Shown: piece by piece, positions 56,347-64,000 of the stretch
Numbering within the stretch: position 1 is the stretch's first letter
How the letters are laid out: each line of letters opens with the position of its first letter
Source of the DNA: Octopus vulgaris
Taxonomy: Eukaryota
Direction of reading: 5' to 3'
Length of the DNA: 64,000 nucleotides
Assembly: GCA_951406725.2 (NCBI GenBank)
Contig: OX597825.1
Coordinates: forward strand, 29,450,001 to 29,514,000
Program-made: the position numbers and the translations under genes
The notes under the pieces: generated by a model
What the model was told of the DNA's origin: nothing
The model's database searches: none
The model's input: only the letters and a program-made list of their open reading frames with translations

Positions 56347-57544
56347 AGACACATACACACATGCATACACACAAACACATCCATTGATCCGCCACATGAA
56401 CAGGCAGCTTTTTTTTTTATATCATACCTTTTCTCTCTTTTACCTTTAATTAATTTTGCTCTACATCTCACCTGTCTTTGATAAAGGGCTTCACTTGAAA
56501 CAGCAAATTCTCTTCTGCTTCTTCCTTCAGCATATTAGACCTCACTTTACATTGTATATCTATGTATGTATATTCATGAATATACACACACCCAGCCACA
56601 CACACAGACAACAGACACACAACACACAGATATAGAAAGAGATTAAATTATGCAATTCATTTTTCTAACTTTATTTCTATTTCTGTATTAACATTCAACA
56701 GAAACGGAAGAAAAAATTGACTGGACACATTTAAAAAAAATTTTTTTATCTATTCTTTTGAAAGTTTTGTACTGATTGAAACTACTGACGGATCCAAATT
56801 GTAAATTATTTGTTTACTTTACTCGGAGCCATTCTGAAAGATTAATCAGACCGCAATTCTCTTCTGAAAATGAGAAGTCTCTTTCAATAAATATATCAGC
56901 TTTCATTTCTTGAATGTACGAAGTAACATAACAACGAGAACTGTTATTAAAATTATAGCACATCGGCTCATACTTCTGTGACATTTAAATAGCACAACAG
57001 AGGACGCTTTGTGTTATAATTTTTTTTTTTTTTCAGATTTTGTTTAAATAAAGACAATTACATAACACAGTTTGCTTAGCAGAACTTAACAAAGATATAA
57101 TTAGATTTCCCAAATCTCTGCTTAAAAAACCCCACAAAAAAAATAAATAAATAAAAAGGAACAAAATATAAAAATACAAAATGAAATGTATTAACTCTGG
57201 TAAAAATTATAGTATTGCTACTGAATTTGATGTGCAATTAGTGGAAAAGCCTGCATTAGGGATCTTTGTGTATGGTTTTTGGTTTGTTATATTTTCTTTC
57301 TTTCCTGAATAGTTTCTAATTTTAATTTTGTATTTTTTTTTTCATTTTATTTTTTGGTTTATTTCTTTCTTTACAATCTATCAATTGATTCGTCATTTGA
57401 AATTGTCGAAATAACAGGTTCATTAGCCAGAATTATTGATCATCTTGTCTTTGCTTCAAACAAAAGATATATTTATTTGGTATTTTCATGCTGAAAATGT
57501 AATTCTTTAGGAATTCTTTAATAAAGTCATATTTACGTTGAGGG

Positions 57545-57588
<44 letters not shown>

Positions 57589-57833
57589 ATTCTGGTTTTC
57601 TCACAGATGCATACTCACACAAGCAAATTTGGTTATCCCACTCACAGGCAGTCATACATACAAACACATACAGACACACGCGCACACACACACACGCACG
57701 TACACACACAAACACACACACACACACACACATGAAATTCTTTCAGCAATGTGTATTCTTTTCAGTCTTGTTCAGATTAATAAACTTTTGATGAACAGAT
57801 ATACTTTTCATATTTTCTTGATATGTATGTATG

Positions 57834-57867
<34 letters not shown>

Positions 57868-58440
57868 TGTATGTATGTATGTATGTATGTATGTATGTAT
57901 GTATGTATGTATGTATGCATGCAGGTATATATGTATGTATGTGTGTGTGCGTGTGTGTGTGTGAGAGAGAGAGAGACACAGAGACAGATAGGCAAATAGA
58001 CAAACTGACTGACACATAGGTATATATATATATATATATATATATATCTATCTATCTATATATATATATATATGTATGTATATATATTATTTGTTGATTG
58101 CAGAAGAAGAATCTGTTTTATATAAAGGCTTTAAGGGCAGACAGAAATGTATTTATATTTATAAAGTCTTTTCCTTTTTAATTGTTAGATCAACATAAAT
58201 AAAATATCAGGATTTCTTGTGTTAGAATTAATGAAGGCATTTCGTTCCTCTTTATATGGAAATCTCTGAATAAGAAATTGGTAAGAGTTACAACTGAGTG
58301 AGTTATGGCATCGGTGGATTATCAATGAAACAGATCTGAGGTTCAAAGCCTGTTGCTAGCCATGGAAAATTCTTGACACATTTGAATAGGCTTTAAATAA
58401 TTATATATATATATATATATATAATATCAGGGAGTATAAC

Positions 58441-58497
58441 TCCAAACTTACAGGGAAAAATTCAATATGTATATATGTATATATATATATATATCAT

Positions 58498-58540
<43 letters not shown>

Positions 58541-58805
58541 TATAAAACATGTATATAAATTAGAGAAGAACCACCATGAAGCAATTCAACAATGATATAC
58601 TTAAATCATTCCATATAGAAAAGAAATAAAGATACGATATTAAAGATATCGTATCTTTAATTTAATTTTTTTCTATATGGTATGATTTAAGTATATCATT
58701 GTTGAATTGCTTCACAGTGGTTCTTTTCTAATTTATATAAATGCATTATATATTGTGAAATTTGATTTAGTATTACTAAATTGAATTTTTCCCTGTAAGT
58801 TTGGA
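58441..58805. repeat. Long fold-back inverted repeat
   Basis: Inner arms 58552-58640 and 58646-58739 around a 5-nt loop TAAAG; outer arms 58441-58466 and 58780-58805. Confidence 0.9.
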
Positions 58806-58809
58806 ATCA

Positions 58810-58896
<87 letters not shown>

Positions 58897-59056
58897 AATT
58901 TACCCTGTATATAGCTGAGAAAATATAGTTCAAATGTGGTGGATGCAGTAAATATATCATATAGAGTATTCATGTGTGTTGACATTTCATAGACGTTAAG
59001 TATCTATACGATTATATCAAGTAATAATTCTCATTTGAGATATATACCCTTCCCAT

Positions 59057-59361
59057 GGAGGCACATGGCCTAGAGGTTAGAACAGCAGACTCACGGTCGA
59101 GGGACTGCGGGTTCAAATCTCAGACTGGGCGATGTGTATTTTTATGAGCAAAACACCTAAGCTCCACGCGGCTCTGGCAGAAGGTAATGGCAAACTTCTG
59201 CTGACTCTTTTGCCACAACTTTCTCTCACTCTTTCCTCCTGCATCTTGCAGCTCACCTGTGACAGACCGGTGTCCCATCAAGGTGAGGAACCTATATGCC
59301 TAGGAAACCTGGAAATCGATCTTTATGAGCCAGGTGTGGCTTGAGAAGGAACAAACAACAA
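59057..59361 (+). mobile_element. SINE family C, full length
   Basis: Matches 622-924; TSD ACCCTTCCCA at 59046-59055 and 59362-59371. Confidence 0.92.
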
Positions 59362-59399
59362 ACCCTTCCCAGTTCTAAACTGGATGTGGTCAGTCCACA

Positions 59400-59641
59400 T
59401 TACTCTGTAAGGAGCATAGAGCTGATTTTCTAGTTTCCCTGGCATATATATTCCTCTCTGGATGGGATACCAGTCACTTATGGGATTACTCCATTTTACT
59501 AACTGAGTTGGTTGGAGTTGGTTGGAGCAATATGAAATTAAGTGTTTGGCTCAAGAACACAATGCATCACCCAGTCCAGGAAATGAAGCCGCAATCTTAC
59601 AATCATGAGTCCAACACCCTAACCACTAAGCCATGAGCCTC
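59400..59641 (-). mobile_element. CORE-like tRNA SINE
   Basis: Ends ...ggctcaagaacacaatgc...ccctaaccactaagccatgagcctc, a reversed tRNA head. Confidence 0.75.
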
Positions 59642-59649
59642 ACTCTAAA

Positions 59650-59816
59650 CCGGTTGAGTCTGGGACATTTACTCCACCATGGGCAATAAACCCCCTACCA
59701 AGGATAAGTACCCCTGAGAAAACAGATGATGATTTAAAACTTCTTAATATATTGGAGAGGGGGTAATAAACCAAGGGGAGTAATTTTCCTGGGGGGTAGT
59801 TGTTCTGATATGAACC
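59650..59816. mobile_element. Small MITE-like element with inverted subterminal repeats
   Basis: Left: ggacatttactcc, ggcaataaaccccc, ggataagtacccc. Right: gggggtaataaacc, ggggagtaattttcc, ggggggtagttgttc. Ends GGTT...AACC. Confidence 0.55.
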
Positions 59817-59834
59817 AGATGTACCCCATTCATA

Positions 59835-60060
59835 TCATTTTGGACATGGCATGCACCACAGGCTGCTGTCCAAGCCCATCTTGAGAGGAAGTATGGAAGT
59901 AAAGAAAATAAGGAGGTATCAAGGATGCTTGTAGAATTATGACATCAAAGAGTGGACTGGAAACAAAAAACTGATCTGATTGTATAAATGCAGCACAACA
60001 CAAGGGCAGCTGAAGAGTCTTGGCAAACTGACACCTGGACACAGGGATAATGTTTGGCTG
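59835..60060 (+). mobile_element. Decayed RTE LINE 3' fragment
   Basis: Translates FGHGMHHRLLSKPILRGSME...DIKEWTG with an in-frame stop. Confidence 0.7.
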
Positions 60061-60154
60061 ATGGTTGATGGATTTTTATTAGCACCAAATGACCATACAA
60101 AGAACTCCTCCATTTCCTCAGTGCAGTTGACAGAATGCCAATATATATCAAGAC

Positions 60155-60556
60155 TCTTTTACCCTTTTACTTGTTTCAGTCATATGACTGTGGTCATGCT
60201 GGGGCACCGCCTTTAGTCGAGCAAATCGACCCCAGGACTTATTCTTTGTAAGCCTAGTACTTATTCTATCGGTCACTTTTGCCGAACTGCTAAGCTATGG
60301 GGATGTAAACACACCAGCATTGATTGTCAAGCGATGTTGGGGGTAAAAACACAGACACACAAACACACATACATATATATATATACATATAAATGACAGG
60401 CTTCTTTCAGTTTCCATCTGCCAAATCCACTCACAAGGCTTTGGTCGGCCCAAGACTATAGTAGAAGACACTTGCCCAAGGTGTCACGTAGTAGGACTGA
60501 ACCCAGAACCATGTGGTTCATAAGAAAGCTACTTACCACACAGTCACTCCTACGCA
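60155..60556 (-). mobile_element. SINE family A, full length
   Basis: Collinear with the 45933 copy. Confidence 0.9.
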
Positions 60557-61221
60557 CACACACACACATAAATATATATATGTGTGTATATACATTTATA
60601 TGTACTTTATTTATGGTTTTATTACTGACTCTGAATATTTTAATCCAGGAAATTTAATTTCACAGTTAAAGGGCTAAAGTACTAGATACAATTTCTCATT
60701 CATTCTTTCTCGCTCTGCTTCTACACACTCTCTCTCTCCCTCTCCTTCTCTCTCTCTCTCACCCTTTCTCTCTCTTGTAACAAAGAGTAACTAAGGCTGG
60801 TGAGAGCCATTTTGAAATATGTCTAGTATTTTGAACTTAATGACTTTTTAGATTTATTATGCAGATTATGCAATCAAAATTGGTGTGGCTAAAGGTAACA
60901 CTTTGAAACACCTTTGGGGCTTTAAAGCTTCTCTTATTAATGTTTGAAACATGTTTTTGGTCGAGGTAGTTACAAGGTTTGATTCTTCAAATATTTAAGG
61001 AAGACCCTGAGTAGAAGTACGAATCATGAAACATTGTATATCTCCAACAATTTCAATCTTCAAATGGAATACCAGAAACCTATAAATAATGCTTAAATTT
61101 CACAAGTAATTTGTGCAATAATTACATTTGTAATTGCATGTATGTTATGCGATCTATTTAGAATTGTAGTTTCGTTCTGATACAGTTGTGTTTATTACCT
61201 AGCTCAGTAGGAAGTATGATG

Positions 61222-61273
61222 CATACACACACACACACAGACACACACACACACACAGACACACACACACACA

Positions 61274-61324
<51 letters not shown>

Positions 61325-61405
61325 ACACACACACACACAGACACACACACACACACAGACAAACACACACACACAGACACACACACAGACACACACACAC
61401 ACACA
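61222..61405. repeat. (CA)n microsatellite with periodic CAGA
   Basis: Visible directly. Confidence 0.95.
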
Positions 61406-64000
61406 TACCTCTAGTAAAGGAAGTTCAGAGGAAATATATTGATGTAGTTTTACTCTTCATTTGAGGTTTATTTCATAACAGTTGCTGTTGTACGTTCCGA
61501 AGTGTTTGTAAAATTTTAACTTTCTCTTTCATTTAGGTTAAACTGACACTTACTTCAGACATATTGTGATATATCTCTTTCTAACCAAATTGGCCTGTTT
61601 GTTTCCATAGAATCACATAGTGAAATAAAATAGTTAACAGAGATTATATGGCTTGCTATCATTATATGGAAATTTTTCTTGTAACTTTTACAGGCATTTG
61701 GAGAGATAGAACACAAAATAAACAATTAAGAAATAAAAATTCTTATGCAAAAGCTTCCAGGAATTTAAAATAGTTTTCGTTTTTTATTTTGACTTTTATA
61801 GAATTCTTCTTCCCTTTTCATTTCAAACAACATCAGATTTATGTATTACGGTCACAAAGTAAACTTGGCTGTTGAATTGGAAATTGATATCATCTACTAA
61901 TTGGAACAGAAGCAGAGCTAGAAAAAAAATATCACATAAAGAAGTAGGTATATTTGTATTGAGCATGGCCCATTCAAGATCACAGGACATGTAACAAAAT
62001 AAAAAAATAATTCTTCTAAGTTAAAAGCTCTACATATCCAATTCATGTGTGCAATAAAAGAGGAATAAATGTTAGATCAGTAATGAAGCTGGAGCTGATA
62101 GTGAAACAAAACAAAATGATGAAGGTTATTTTTGGGTAACCATTAAGAGATCTCAGACTTGTAAAATAATCAGAATCTAAAAGCCATTTTTTTTTCTATT
62201 TTTTACTTTTAGTTTCTTTTATCATGTTAAAGTATTTCATTCTAAATAATACTTTGAACGTCTGAAATACTATTCTCATAAAATTCTAGAGTAAAGAACA
62301 CAAGGGTTGTCACATTGTATAAAGTATCATCTCAAAAATCACCATCCCTAGAAGAGATTGTTTAAGAAAAATCTTGAGCAAAATTTTCGAGGTTAATTTA
62401 AGCTGACTGAACTCTGCTGCTGTTAGTTAAGAAGATCTTAATTATTCCCAGAATGAGAAGACTAATAAAAGATAGTAATGGTTACTGTTCCTGTTACAGA
62501 TAAACATTTTCAAAGTATCAAAAGTCACATGAAAACGAAATCCTAGTTCTAGTTTCAAATTATAAACAGATGAAGTTTAAATTTCTCTTGGAATAAGATA
62601 CTAGTTTATTGCATGCAACATTACCAAAACAGTATGGAACCTATTGGAGTTAAGAGGAAATAAGGAATTTCTTTCCTAAAAGATCTACAGTGAATTTGAA
62701 TATCAAACCCAAGAGGTGTGTAGGTTTATTTCTTGTTCTCTTACATTCAGAAATAGTTAAATCAACTCTTTCAGGTCTAAATTCATGAAAGTTTTAGGTA
62801 TAATGTTTTTAAAACTTCTTTCTGAAACTCATCTGTATTCTTGGTTATAAAAATATAGTAACATGACATGCCTACTGTAACAATATTGCTCTAGAGTTGC
62901 TGTTTCATGAATAAATTGCTACAAAACTAATTATTTTCATTTGAAATACTAAATTAACTGAGAAAAGTTATGAAGGTATGTGTAACTATGTCATAAAATC
63001 AGAACAGTAAAATTTTACTTGATCGAACAAAATAAAAGACATTTCTACAGAGAACTGAAATACAACATTCCTTGAATGAGCATGGGGCAACAACTTGTAG
63101 CAGCCCTCTTGAGAGAAAAAAAAGTTACCACTTGAGAAAAAAAAATTTATGCCATTGTTGTGAGAATTACAAAAGTCAAATTTGAATTGAGATAAATTTA
63201 AATTTCAAGGGAGATATTTTCCACTAAGTTTCTTAAACTCAGAAGATATATATGTTCTATGAGACTTGAAAGGTAAAGATTTAATTTAAATGCTTGGAGA
63301 ATTATCAAACTGAATTTTGTTATTTTTACCATGTGTCTAAATTACTTTTTGCCATAATAAGTCTGGGTGAATATGCAGATCAGTTTCTATTTCATCATTT
63401 AATATTTATAAATTTTCATTGAATTATACTTAGCTATTTTGACAAAACTGAAGTTCTTTACTCTTTCTGTCCTGGCAGGATTTGAACTCAGAAATACAAT
63501 ATATTTAAACAATTGTGAATTTTACCAAGTGGGTTTTACCTATCGCAAGGGAATTTTATAGTTTTCTGATGCCTTTTGCATCTATGAGTGGACTATTTTT
63601 GTATTACCTTTGTAGGCACAATGCAGTTTGCATCGTTAGCAAGATATGAACAGTCAACTTCTCAGCTGACTGTACAGCATCCCATAGACCTAGCCATCCA
63701 TGTCACCTTATTTTATGTAACAAATATTCTTTTATACTTTTATTTCATTACTCATTTACCAGCTTCAGTTATTAGACTGCAGCCATACTGGGGCATCATC
63801 TTGAAAGGTTTGATCAATAAAATTGCTGTCAGTACTTATTTTAAAGTCTGGTACTTATTCTATCAATTTCCACTTGTGAACCACTACATTATGTAACATA
63901 AAAGTGAACCCAGTCATAGTCAGATGCACACATAGATGAATGCTTGTAGAGATGGCGAGATTCTGTACAGTTTTTCTCTACCAACATTTCAATCACAAGT

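Noticed and set aside
58975-59012. Minus-strand GAAATGTC preceded by a small stem, a possible hammerhead 3' half
   Set aside because: No CUGANGA-like core or matching stem I found upstream.

Overview
AT-rich, repeat-dense eukaryotic non-coding DNA. The tRNA-SINE families and the very high (TA)n/(TG)n/(CAT)n/(AAT)n microsatellite load look like a coleoid cephalopod, probably Octopus (inference). I found no intact protein-coding exon; nearly all ORFs in the track are microsatellite or SINE artefacts. Recognisable elements are many copies of four or five tRNA-headed SINE families, RTE and CR1 LINE fragments, a mariner 3' fragment, piggyBac-type TTAA MITEs and a non-autonomous Helitron. The notable signals are: (1) several type I hammerhead ribozyme motifs in Penelope-like cassettes within (TA)n tracts, including three different co-oriented ones in about 1 kb (15.8-16.8 kb), one with a 93-nt stem II; (2) a full-length U6 snRNA copy fused to a full-length SINE inside one 14-bp target-site duplication; (3) an RTE insertion whose 5' UTR appears inverted relative to its 3' end; (4) a fold-back palindrome with arms of about 90 bp; (5) candidate non-coding first exons and a shared internal exon of a minus-strand gene. 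Repeat boundaries were read by eye and are approximate; SINE family letters A-D are my own labels.
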